Assembly (NCBI GenBank): GCA_964016885.1
Contig: OZ024742.1
Span: forward strand, 61,194,001-61,258,000
Length of the DNA stretch: 64,000 nucleotides
Reading direction: 5' to 3'
Origin: Eledone cirrhosa
Lineage: Eukaryota
Made by a program: the position numbers and the translations under genes. Under the pieces are notes generated by a model. That model did not search any database, was not told the DNA's origin, and saw nothing but the letters and a program-made list of their open reading frames with translations. Position 1 is the first letter of the stretch; each line of letters opens with the position of its first letter. This document shows positions 29,206 to 41,330 of this stretch, piece after piece.

Positions 29206-31292
29206 TAAAAGAGATAACACAGGTAAGCATTAAGAGAAGCATTTTATCCAGGTATTTACGGCCGTTTCTAGACGCGACGCTTAACCTAAATACGGGACTT
29301 ATAAGACCTTTTCACAAGATTAATGAAAACTTACCATACATCAACTGTTACTCAAACCACCCACTATCCATAATTAAATCCATTCCACGCAGCATATCTC
29401 TTAGGATCTCGCGCCTCTCGTCTAACCGACAAATCTTCGAAGACCATGCAGAATACTACAATACCACATTAGACGAGGCAGGCCACTTAGATAGAGTAGA
29501 ATATATAGATGAAAGCCTCCGTAAAGAGAACACGAACACTCATAACACAAACTCACTCCGGAAACACACGCACACACGCACTTACGCATAGAACTACAAA
29601 GTATACGGTAAATAAAAATACAACATCGAAATCAAACAAGTCACGCAGTAGAATATATATTTGGTATAACCCCATATTTAACACCTCTATTAGTACTAAC
29701 CTATCCTCTACCTTCTTTAGAATAATAAATAAGCACTTTCCAGATTCACATAGATACAGCAAAATCCTTAACACTAAGTCTATTAGACTATCTTACTCCA
29801 CGGCACCAAATATAGAGGCACACATTAAGATGCTTAACGCTAAAAAGATACATAACAACACCAGAACACAAATTTACAACAATAACAATACAATCACCAT
29901 TGAACACAACAGAATATCTAATACACAACCGTCCATTAATAGGCAAACAAAACGTAACACACTTGTACAGGCATCGCAGCCCACCAATAATGCCAAAGTT
30001 GCCCATGACAAGAATTGTAATTGCCACCTACCTGAAACCTGTCCATTACATAATGAATGTATGCAGTCTAACCTGGTTTACCAATGCACAGTGGAATCAG
30101 ACAACCAGAAATGGTATTACATCGGAGCGACTGGGAATACATTTAAAGCCCGTTGGTATACACCGTTACGCAATGAAACATTCCCAACATCGTTATGTAA
30201 CTACCCTTGCAAACAAGACCTGGCAACTGAGGGAAAGTAATCATCAATACACCATGAAGTGGAAAAAATTATCGAACGCGCCCCTATATCCGATCGGAGT
30301 GATATGAGAAGCTGTCGATGATGTGACCTTGAGATGTTCCACATCTTGAGTTCGAAGAATAAGTTACTCAACAATAAAATCAAAAGATCAATTTATTGTA
30401 ACCATAGACTCAAAGAGAAGTTTTCGCACTACAAGTGCAAATCGAACCCTTAAACTCTTACTACCAACTGACAAACTGCATATACCCTCTTGTTGTATCT
30501 AAACCCTTTTAATTACCCACAAAAACCAATACCTATATCCCCCGCCCCCCTTCTCCTTCATTCCTCTTCTATTTCTTCGTTTTCTTCCTTCCTTCCCTCC
30601 CCTTTTTGGCTATCTTTTCTTTTCTTCTTTCTCCCCCCTTCTTTGCTTTTATTTTTGTCATTATTATCTTTATCTTTATTTTTTATATATATATTTATCT
30701 CATTATATCCCCCCTCTCTCTATCCATCCCTCCCACTATGATCAATTTAATTCTCTCTAACTCACAACATTCCACGACATAAAGTCTACTTATCAAAACT
30801 GACCAAAGAATCCTTCTACCTCTACCCCTCCCTCCATCTCAGTTTGTCACTCTACTTCCTAACTCTTCCCCCTTCCTCTCTCTCTATACTATTCCGTTTG
30901 TTCCCTAACCTTCTGATTCCTCTCTCTCTCTCTATACTAGTAAATACAATTCCAAATAAATGTTTTTCTCTATATATTAAGAATTATTTCAAGAGTAACT
31001 TACTCACTATTTTGAAAATTTGGACTGTGAACAACAATTATAATTGAGTGGCTGCTATTTGCAGTATAGCAATATAAGGTTGCACTTACCAATGAAACGG
31101 TCGTAAATACCTGGATAAAATCCTTCTCTTAATGCTTACCTATGTTTTCTCTTTTATACTTTATACTCCAAGATTGAACTGAATTCTTACAAACTTGTGG
31201 AGTTACCCCTAACCGTACGTTGAAACCATCCATGAAACTGGCTTTCTTAACCACGAACTGGATCACAAAAAGCAATTTTCTGCTTCCCTACC
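29202..31292 (+). mobile_element. Penelope-like element 3, 5'-truncated and frameshifted, same type as PLE4
   Basis: FLDATLNL..YINCYSNHP, IWYNPIFN, IRLSYSTAPN, CNCHLPETCPLHNEC..YIGATGNTFKARW; 29202-29268 is an inverted copy of 31094-31160. Confidence 0.9.
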
Positions 31293-31649
31293 TATATATA
31301 TATATATATATAACCATAACCCACAAACACAATCAGCCCAACGCCATAAACACTGTTATGTTTCATCTTTATCACAAACAACTACACCAAACACACACCA
31401 CACACACAAATCAGCCACATATACATGCCAACCTGTCTACCGACAGCCAGCACCCCCGCACCACCGCCTACTTCAACCTAAGATCGACACCACAAAATGT
31501 CCACCACCCCCACACCCACATAAACTACGGGCAAAAACATCCCTATGAACTAATGCAACAATCAAAAGAAACTTTACTGACCACCATTGGAACTTCTGAC
31601 TTTAGCATACAGCATGTATTCATTCTTCCATTAACATTACAAGGGTTAT

Positions 31650-31776
31650 TACGGGCCGCGGGTTACAGAGTGAGGTCAGACCGATACACATCGAGCCTTC
31701 ATCTGATCAGTGGGGAAACGAGCGTCATCAGCCAATAAACGTAATGAAGGAGTAACCAATCGTCATTGTTATCTTA
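31650..31776 (+). repeat. HHR-like repeat family D, ending in (TA)n
   Basis: Inverted homolog at 37488-37619. Confidence 0.8.
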
Positions 31777-31786
31777 TATATATATT

Positions 31787-31822
<36 letters not shown>

Positions 31823-32005
31823 TAGATAAATATACACGCGTTTGTATAATTGTGTATAGAAGATTATATTAATGAGAGGAATTCCAATTTGTCTGATTTA
31901 CTCATTTTATTTACAAGCCTTTAAAATGTATAATGGTATTAGAATGAAATAGTATGGTCGAATATATATATATATATGTATATATATGTATATATATATA
32001 TGTAA

Positions 32006-32056
<51 letters not shown>

Positions 32057-32068
32057 TTAATATAGATG

Positions 32069-32119
32069 AGATTCTACAGGACTAGAACTGTTTCATTCAT
32101 TAGAAATCATCAGGAATCT
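32069..32119 (-). ncRNA. Type I hammerhead ribozyme in the inverted pLTR
   Basis: Reverse complement of 36913-36963. Confidence 0.85.
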
Positions 32120-32649
32120 GGGTATCAAAAAATAAATATGGTATTTATAGGTCTCTACAAGTGGTAGGAGAGGGTGGGGAGTGGGATGGGTGCAGGTCAT
32201 TGGTTGATAGAGAAGGGAATTCATTAAAAGCTAATTCTACATAGCTATAGTTAATTTATATTTATTTATGTTTTTAGAGTAACAAAGGCAGACAGAGTTC
32301 TATAAACAGGTTCCGGATGGCATACCATTCCTTGTCAATAAGTTTCTCTTAAGCTAGCAGATGTCTATAAAATCAGTGGGGGGTCATTCATGCTCGATAG
32401 AATTAAAGAAAAGGGAGATTCTTTAAAGGCTAAAGTCATTAAGTTCTGCTAAGTGACAAAGGTCTAGGGAATTCTGCAGACAGATTCAAAATACTGAGTG
32501 CATATCTTACTATTATCTTCGAACTTCTCTTAAACTAATCAACAATATGCCAAATCAACAGACACATTCACAAAAAAACAAAAAAAAACAAAAAAACAAA
32601 AAAAACAGAAAAACAAAAAAAAAAAAAACCACACCTAAAAAAACAAACC

Positions 32650-34407
32650 TACAATAAGCTGGCAAAAAATACCATCACGACCACCTACAAAAAGGTAATA
32701 GAGAGGGCGCTGACTGAGACAAACGCGGCAGGAAAAGAAATCGCCAAGTCCCTTAAATTACATGACCGAACCGAACCTTTAAGGGTAAAGACCCCGCACT
32801 TTACCCTGAAGGACCATAAGGGAAACTTCCTCAACAAACCATCAGTCAGACTTATCAACCCCACTCGCTCTGACATCGGCTCTATCAGTAAGAAGATCCT
32901 GGATAGAGTTCTACCATTATTGCGGGCGGCCTCACCACTTCCACTCTGGAGTAGAACATCTGAGGCAATTTCATGGTTCCAAGAATTACCCGATAAACAC
33001 CACACTCGCTTCCTGCAACTCGACATAGAAAACTACTATGCCTCTATCTCGGAGCCCCTCCTGAAGGACGCAATTAACTTTGCCAGGAATGTTACCACCA
33101 TTACCGATGCCGAGCAAGTTATTATCCTCCACGCTCGTAAGACCTTTCTATACCACGATGGATCTTACTGGATCAACAAGAAATCTCAGACCCCATTTGA
33201 CGTTAGCATGGGGGCGAGTGACTCGGCTGAAATTAGCGACCTTGTGGGCCTGTACATCCTACATAACCTGAAGAACCTCTTTACCGGCCTTACTGGAGGT
33301 TTATACCGAGACGACGGCCTCTTCGCCCTGCATAAGGTTAGCCCCAGAACCACCGATGGGTTTCGGAAAAACTTAAGCTCTTTCTTCTCTAATCTAGGAT
33401 TTAGTATAACTATAGATTCTAATTTGACTAGGGCCAACTTCTTAGATGTCACTCTCGACCTAGATACTTCCCTCTATTACCCGTACCACAAACCTAACGA
33501 GTCCCTTAAATATATTAATGTTAATTCAAACCACCCCCAAAACATTACTGATAACCTAGTAAAAAGCGTCTCTATTAGAATATCTGGCCTCTCCGCCAAC
33601 AAAGATATTTTTAATGCATCTGCCTCCTACTACAATGACGCCCTAGCCCGTAGCGGATTTAAAGATAAGATAACTTACCTAGAAACCACCGCAAAATTGC
33701 AGAGGAGGAATAGACATAGGCAGATTAGCTGGTACAACCCTCCCTTCAATAGAGAGGTATCTACTCCGATAGCTAGGATTTTCTTCACTTTACTGAAATT
33801 ACACTTCCCCATACAACATAGGTACTACACCATCTTTAATAAGAACACTATAAGACTGTCTTACTCCACCACACCTAACCTAGCTAGGAATATAGCCAAC
33901 CACAACTCTAAACTAAATAAGCCAACCACCTCCGAAACCAATCCCCGGACTGGGGCTCTATGTAATTGCCTAAATAAGGAAACATGCCCACTAGAAAACA
34001 AATGCCTCACAAACGACATCGTATACAAATGCGATGCCATCTCGGGCACCGAGGATTGCAAAAAAACTTACATCGGCATGACCTCCAACACCTTTAAGAC
34101 CCGCTGGTATGCCCATACCCACTCCTTCAGAAGACCGGATAAATCAAACCAAACAACACTCGCCTCCTACGTTTGGGACCTCAAAAGGAACTCCACCCCC
34201 TTCACGCTTAATTGGAAAATACTCCAGAAAGCGCGCTCTTACGACGGAGGACACAAGGGCTGCGACCTTTGTATTTCAGAGAGTTACGAAATTTTATTCG
34301 CCAAGGGCCCGCTACTGAACAAACTCTCTGAACACTGCCCGAACTGCATGCACAAGAACTTTGCAACATTCAAACACTTTAAGCCAGTGTTAAAGCCCGA
34401 TGGCTAA
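32650..34407 (+). CDS. PLE reverse transcriptase plus GIY-YIG endonuclease; 5'-truncated but uninterrupted (585 codons)
   Basis: The frame of ORF 32920-34407 stays open upstream to the inversion junction (TLKDHK, RLINPTRS); LDIENYYASI, MGASDSAEISDLVG, GLYRDDG, WYNPPF, CNC..CPL, IVYKC..YIGMT. Confidence 0.92.
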   Translation, partial: YNKLAKNTITTTYKKVIERALTETNAAGKEIAKSLKLHDRTEPLRVKTPHFTLKDHKGNFLNKPSVRLINPTRSDIGSISKKILDRVLPLLRAASPLPLWSRTSEAISWFQELPDKHHTRFLQLDIENYYASISEPLLKDAINFARNVTTITDAEQVIILHARKTFLYHDGSYWINKKSQTPFDVSMGASDSAEISDLVGLYILHNLKNLFTGLTGGLYRDDGLFALHKVSPRTTDGFRKNLSSFFSNLGFSITIDSNLTRANFLDVTLDLDTSLYYPYHKPNESLKYINVNSNHPQNITDNLVKSVSIRISGLSANKDIFNASASYYNDALARSGFKDKITYLETTAKLQRRNRHRQISWYNPPFNREVSTPIARIFFTLLKLHFPIQHRYYTIFNKNTIRLSYSTTPNLARNIANHNSKLNKPTTSETNPRTGALCNCLNKETCPLENKCLTNDIVYKCDAISGTEDCKKTYIGMTSNTFKTRWYAHTHSFRRPDKSNQTTLASYVWDLKRNSTPFTLNWKILQKARSYDGGHKGCDLCISESYEILFAKGPLLNKLSEHCPNCMHKNFATFKHFKPVLKPDG

Positions 34408-34544
34408 AAACGACCTCCCCCTATTGGCACCTATACCTCCTCCCCACCCTACCCCCACCCCTCATCAACCTGTAATACGGCCACTATGGTCATGTGAGTA
34501 CCTCTTTTGTATCTACTTTTTCTGCCTGTAGAGGTGTCTTTATG

Positions 34545-34664
34545 TGCCTGTGTATATGCGTATATTTATTGAGTAACTATTTACTTGTATGTGTATATAT
34601 TTGTTTGTATATGTGTATATGTGTATGTGTTGTGTGTGTATATATATTTGTATGTGTATGTATA

Positions 34665-34734
<70 letters not shown>

Positions 34735-34740
34735 TATATT

Positions 34741-34775
<35 letters not shown>

Positions 34776-34919
34776 ATGTATGTATATATGTGTATATATA
34801 TATATATGTTTGTGTGAATACGTGTTTTATGTGTGTATATTTATGCAGGTATATGTTTGTATGTGTCTGTATATATGTATGTATGTATGTATATATGTGT
34901 GTGTATGTATGTATATGTA

Positions 34920-34983
<64 letters not shown>

Positions 34984-35076
34984 TATATGTATATGTATGT
35001 ATATGTATATGTATATGTATATATTTGTGTATGTGTATGTGTATGTATGTATGTATTTGTATGTGTCTGTGTATAT

Positions 35077-35168
<92 letters not shown>

Positions 35169-35245
35169 GTATGTGCATGAGAGAGAGAATGTGTGTGTGT
35201 GTATATATATTTTGTGTGTGGGTGTGTGTATGTGTGTATGCACGC

Positions 35246-35295
<50 letters not shown>

Positions 35296-35311
35296 ATGTG
35301 TGTGTGTATGC

Positions 35312-35369
<58 letters not shown>

Positions 35370-35511
35370 GTGTGTATGTATATATGTGTGTGTATATGTG
35401 CGTTATATCTCTGTATATATATGTGTATTTTTATGTATAGGTCTGTGTATGCATGTGTATGTTTGTGTATGTATGGATATATATATATGTATGTGTATAT
35501 ATATGTGTATA

Positions 35512-35552
<41 letters not shown>

Positions 35553-35574
35553 TTGTATGTGTGTGTATAGAGGG

Positions 35575-35610
<36 letters not shown>

Positions 35611-35643
35611 GTATGTATATATGTGTATATGTATATATATGTA

Positions 35644-35701
<58 letters not shown>

Positions 35702-35735
35702 TGTGTATATGTGTGTGTATGTATGTGTGTATATG

Positions 35736-35788
<53 letters not shown>

Positions 35789-35909
35789 ATGTGTGTGTGT
35801 ATAGATATTTATACATATGTATACTCGTGTTTGTATGTATGCGTGTGAGTGTATTTATTTGTGTATATATGTGTGTATGTGTGTATGTATGTGTATGTGT
35901 GTGTGTATC

Positions 35910-35990
<81 letters not shown>

Positions 35991-36039
35991 GTATATATAT
36001 GTATGTATATATATATATATGTATATATATGTGTATGTA

Positions 36040-36072
<33 letters not shown>

Positions 36073-36087
36073 GTGTATATATATATA

Positions 36088-36177
<90 letters not shown>

Positions 36178-36378
36178 GTGTGCGTATGTATATGTGTATA
36201 TGTATTTTATATTTGTATGTATGTATGTATGTGTGTATGTATGTGCGTGTACATGAATATATATTTGTATATATTTATATATTTTTTTTATATATATATG
36301 TGTGTGTGTTTTTATGTGTGTATATGTGTTTATGTGTGTGTTTATGGTTGCGCGTAAGTGTGTGAGTGAGTATGTGTG
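34545..36378. repeat. 1.8-kb degenerate (TA)n/(TG)n tract inside PLE4
   Basis: Directly visible; lies between the stop codon and the 3' pLTR. Confidence 0.95.
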
Positions 36379-36912
36379 TTTTTTTGTTTTTTTAGGTGTG
36401 GTTTTTTTTTTTTTTTTTGTTTTTCTGTTTTTTTGTTTTTTGGGGTTTTTTTGTTTTTTTGTGAATGTGTCTGTTGATTTGGCATATTGTTGATTAGTTT
36501 AAGAGAAGTTCGAAGATAATAGTAAGATATGCACTCAGTATTTTGAATCTGTCTGCAGAATTCCCTAGACCTTTGTCACTTAGCAGAACTTAATGACTTT
36601 AGCCTTTAAAGAATCTCCCTTTTCTTTAATTCTATCGAGCATGAATGACCCCCCACTGATTTTATAGACATCTGCTAGCTTAAGAGAAACTTATTGACAA
36701 GGAATGGTATGCCATCCGGAACCTGTTTATAGAACTCTGTCTGCCTTTGTTACTCTAAAAACATAAATAAATATAAATTAACTATAGCTATGTAGAATTA
36801 GCTTTTAATGAATTCCCTTCTCTATCAACCAATGACCTGCACCCATCCCACTCCCCACCCTCTCCTACCACTTGTAGAGACCTATAAATACCATATTTAT
36901 TTTTTGATACCC

Positions 36913-36963
36913 AGATTCCTGATGATTTCTAATGAATGAAACAGTTCTAGTCCTGTAGAATCT
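36913..36963 (+). ncRNA. Type I hammerhead ribozyme in the 3' pLTR of PLE4
   Basis: agattc CTGATGA t-ttc-taat-gaa-t GAAA cag-ttctagtc-ctg TA gaatct; stem I covaries with the 4.7-kb copies (agcttc/gaagct). Confidence 0.88.
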
Positions 36964-37072
36964 CATCTATATTAAAACTGTTATACTCTGCTATGTATTG
37001 AGTACCTTACTTACTGTGGTTACCTCCGATTCAACCCGGAATAACGTACATATATATATATATATATATATG

Positions 37073-37123
<51 letters not shown>

Positions 37124-37127
<4 letters not shown>

Positions 37128-37232
37128 AGGCGTGTGGTGGAGTGGATTCGCTATCGTAAGGTTGTGAGTTCGATTCCTGGACCAGGCGATGCGTTATGTC
37201 CTTGAGCAAGACACTTTATTTCACGTTGCTCC
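37124..37232 (+). mobile_element. Truncated tRNA-derived SINE (Meta-domain type)
   Basis: GAGTTCGATTCC B-box and TGTCCTTGAGCAAGACACTTT; homologous to 44306-44640. Confidence 0.75.
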
Positions 37233-37373
37233 TTCTACCTGGAGTTACGACCGATAGATAGTATTAGCAATTGGAAAGACCAACGGAAACATTGTTCCTT
37301 CGGTCCGATTCGACGAAAGTATATCATTCCTTTTATATATACACATATATATATACATATATATATATACATT

Positions 37374-37406
<33 letters not shown>

Positions 37407-37407
37407 G

Positions 37408-37460
<53 letters not shown>

Positions 37461-37487
37461 GTATATATATATGTATATATATATATA

Positions 37488-37619
37488 TAAGATAACAATG
37501 ACGATTGGTTACTCCTTCATTACGTTTATTGGCTGGTGACGCGCGTTTCGCCACTGATCATATCAAGGCTCGATCTGTATCGGTCAGACCTCCCTCTGTA
37601 ACCCGCGTCCCGCAGGTTA
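37488..37619 (-). repeat. HHR-like repeat family D between (TA)n tracts
   Basis: ggt CTGACCGA ..helix II.. GAAA cgcgcg TC acc agcc AATAAA. Confidence 0.8.
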
Positions 37620-39839
37620 TATATATATATATATATATATATATCAAACGAGTGGTTTGGCTGAATTCTTAATGAGTCAGATGGAATGCTTTGTGATATT
37701 TTATCTTGCTCGGCGTAATTTGAGTTCAAATGTTCGAATCGGACTTCCTTCTACCAGAATTTGCGACAAGTAATTAGTATCAACTATGCAAAGATCAATG
37801 GAAACCTTGTTTCTTTGATCCGATGTGTACGATCAGCTCCTTTTCTTTCCTTTTTCATATCGGACCCATAATGATTAATATAATAACTAATATAGTCCGG
37901 ATTGTTTGAAAAGTGGACGGGACACCTAGAATATACCCTGAATATTGAATTCTTCTATACGAAAATTTGCCATACCTGTTTATTCCTGTTTAACACTTTC
38001 AAAAAATTTCGAAAATAAACAAGAATTTGGAAATGTTTAGTAAAATAACTAATTTTTTCAATATCAAACTAGAATTTGGAACATGATTTAACAGTGTTTC
38101 TGACAAAATTATGAAATTTGATGGACGGTTTGCTTTAGATATATATAAATCTTCATAACAGTTGTCTGTTGTAGAATCGATGGTGGTCTCAGGCAGCTTG
38201 TTATATAGACAGTTTGGTACAGAGGCTAAATTTGTAATTCAGATAACTACTCATTTAATTCTGTTTATAATCTAAAGTCCTTCACAGTAAAAACTTCACA
38301 TAAATATTCTAACACATACTTCGTACACAGAAAAGACCGTTGTTCTCCGATTCCAATCTACCTACTGATTAATCCAATATATAATACACATTGTTTTATT
38401 TTTTAAACCAGATTTCATAGTTGTAGAAATGTTTTATATATGCAAAACTACCGTCTTTCTTTATGGTAGACTAAGTCAAACACGTAATTTACCCAAAGGA
38501 AAACTTTTGATTTCGTTACCAATAATTCAATACATATTTCGAAGCCACGTTTTCGTATCTAAAGACATTACGTTCAACTCTAACACGTCGACGAATATGC
38601 ATTAGCATCTGATATGAGATATTGGTTTTAGGAAAATGAGAAAATATAATTTGTATTCAGCTTTGAATATAAACATTAAAAATTATCAATCGTATAAAGT
38701 TCCAAACAATAGCCTCAACCGGAATTTGAATAAAACCTTCATTTCTGTCATAGAATTTTTTTCCATATTGTGTTTTTGTTCCAAATAAAAAAAAATCGAT
38801 TATTATTATTGGTTTTTTTAAAATCAATTTACAATCAATGATGCCGAAAACAATCAGAGCGACGCGATAAGAAATATGGACAAAAATTGTGTGAGTAGAA
38901 GAAAAACAAAAAAAGATGGGAAGAAAAGTGTTAAGCTTCTGATGAAGAAAAGAAGGGGGTGGGAAGTGACTATAAAATATTGATTTGTTGTTTATGCACA
39001 AGGCCAGAAAATGTTGTAGGGTGGAGGCAAAGCTGATTAAATCAACCCAAGTACTTGACTCTTATCTGATATTATCGACCGGCAAAGCTGGCCTCAACTG
39101 CATTTGAACTCAGAATGTAAAGAGTCAAAGCAAATGGTATTCTATCCAATTCTGCCAATCCATTACCCTGTCTTTATAAAATTATAAGAAGTTCACTTTA
39201 AGGGAACTGAATTGCGTATTTTTTGTTTATTTGCGTTTTCTGGTCATGTTTTCTTTTTTAATTTAAGCAAAACGCCAGACAGTGCCTTGTCGCATTTATT
39301 CTGGCTATCTACATGCTGAGTTCAAAGCCCACCAAGGTTTCGTGATTTCAACCATTGTAAAATTAAGAGAGAAATATAGGAATATAAGGCTTGCAGTACT
39401 TGGTGTGTTGGTGAGGGAGATGAATTCAAATGTGTAGCAATAAAATGCAAATAAATATTTACAATACAAAATGCAAATAAATACAATAAAAAACCTTTGA
39501 GTATACTGATCTATAAACCGTACGCGATTTCGAACCTTGTATTAACATTGAGAGCTTTAGCCGACGAACCGCCTGTAACTATCCTTGAACACATATTTAT
39601 TATATATATGTGTGTGGGTATTGCGGCTGCATTTCGATTTCAAGAATTACCACCACATGATCCCCTTAACACATGGGTGGCACGGCACCAACATGTCATT
39701 CTAACTCTGCCAAGGATTTACATTGCTTTCTGTAAAGGCTAAAGTGATGAACATTACTCCACTGTGGTTCCCTGCTTTGTTTTGATGAGTTTTCAAATGA
39801 AAGTGTATCCACCGACCGAGCCACATTGTTTTCCAACTT

Positions 39840-40490
39840 CCTACTGGAAGAAATGTTAAAGATTCCATAATCAGCAACATCTTTACATGACTTCTATGTT
39901 AACATCTAAGACCAGCTTTACGGAGGCAAAACCGGCCAAATTCATTGCACATAAAGTCATTTTGACCAATTGAAAAGTGAAGTAGTGTCATATAGACCCT
40001 TACGCAGGCTCCTTTTTAATGATTCAGGCTAACCTTTTCAAATTCTTGTTTCCCTCTATGATAATCGTCCTAAGGCAAAATCTTCCCAGTTATCTTCTCC
40101 GGTTTTTGATTTTATTAATGCTCTGTTGATACAGTCTCTATAACTGAGTTTTGGGTTTTACCTCGACCGTTTGCCTTTGACTAACTAGTGTACAGTAACT
40201 GCTCATGAATACGATGATCAGGCATTTTATAAATATGTCCGATCCAGTGCAATCTATATGAATTATGAGAGATTCATTACTTTCAAAACGAGTTCGTTCC
40301 ATCACTTCAACATAATTCGTATATGATTGCCAATGGATACCAAGTAATCGACGAAAACACTGTTGATGAAAATATCCATGCATATTTATATTTCGTTGGT
40401 AACATGCAAACAACAAAAACATGCATCAAGCGCTGCATGTCACGCTCAGAGTGAACAACAAGATCACAATCATCAACATTTTGTATAGTA
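39840..40490 (-). mobile_element. RTE/BovB-like LINE 3' fragment, degenerate
   Basis: VDDCDLVVHSERDMQRLM, FHQQCFRRLLGIHWQ, RLHWIGHIYKMPDHRI and a terminal zinc-finger remnant. Confidence 0.8.
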
Positions 40491-40989
40491 AAGAAGTGAA
40501 CATATATATATATATACATATATAGTGGGTTGTGTATAAGTTACGCGCAGTTCTGGGCAGTGTTCCGTAAGTGAGGAATTAGAACAGATAGACGTGAGGT
40601 AAGAGGAGTGAAATATAGGGAGCTGAAAGGGAGAAATTAAAACAAATATACGAGTTAAAACTTGTTTATAACAGTGTTGTATTTTATTGGACATTTGAGG
40701 GAAATTGATGTGTCGATAGTGCGTGAGATTTAGGATTAGAAGTAAAATAAAATTAAGATTATAATTTGGATTAGGATATGTTTGTGTACCGTGAACGGGT
40801 ACTCGGCTGTCTACGAGGCTTGTTATTCAGTTCGTATGGGTTAGTTTATAGTGAGCACTTTTGGATCGCAAATCCTACTTGAGACACGTTCATTCTTGTC
40901 TGGCAAATCCATTACCTGTCGGAGAATCTGCACTGGTATTTCCATATGTCTAAATCACGTCTATGTTTCGTTATGTTTCGTTATGTTTC

Positions 40990-41330
40990 CATCAACTTAT
41001 CGGGTCTCTTTGATTAGCATGTATTCTCGCCGTAGTATTTCTATCACATTATTATATGTGCTAAAACACTGCACTCGGAAATATTGCCTTTGGAAGTTTT
41101 CTTGCACTTTGTAGTGTAACTGGCGTTTCGTAAAACTAATGTAGTTCAGCTCGGATGTGCAGGTCAGCTCATAAGCTACATGATTCTTCAGGCAGATCGG
41201 CTTTGTGTTGTTTACTACTGCAGGTAGTAGTGCTAACTATGACAGGGCATCGCTGAAGTGGACAGGCGCTCTATTTGTGGCACTGCAAGGGGTATTGTCT
41301 CAACGTCCACCTACGACATATTACTTGCAC
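40990..41330 (-). mobile_element. Degenerate PLE GIY-YIG fragment
   Basis: Manual translation PICLKNHVAYELTCTSELNYISFTKRQLHYKVQE. Confidence 0.55.

Larger units (their letters stand above)
32053..37049 (+). mobile_element. Penelope-like element 4 (family E): inverted 5' pLTR, ORF, microsatellite-rich 3' region, 3' pLTR and tail
   Basis: 32053-32647 is a near-identical inverted copy of 36383-36979; inserted in (TA)n. Confidence 0.95.

Noticed and set aside
34540-36365. Long YI/CV/HT-rich ORFs up to 590 aa, and similar ORFs throughout (e.g. 51966-58473)
   Set aside because: Translations of (TA)n/(TG)n microsatellites, which lack stop codons by composition
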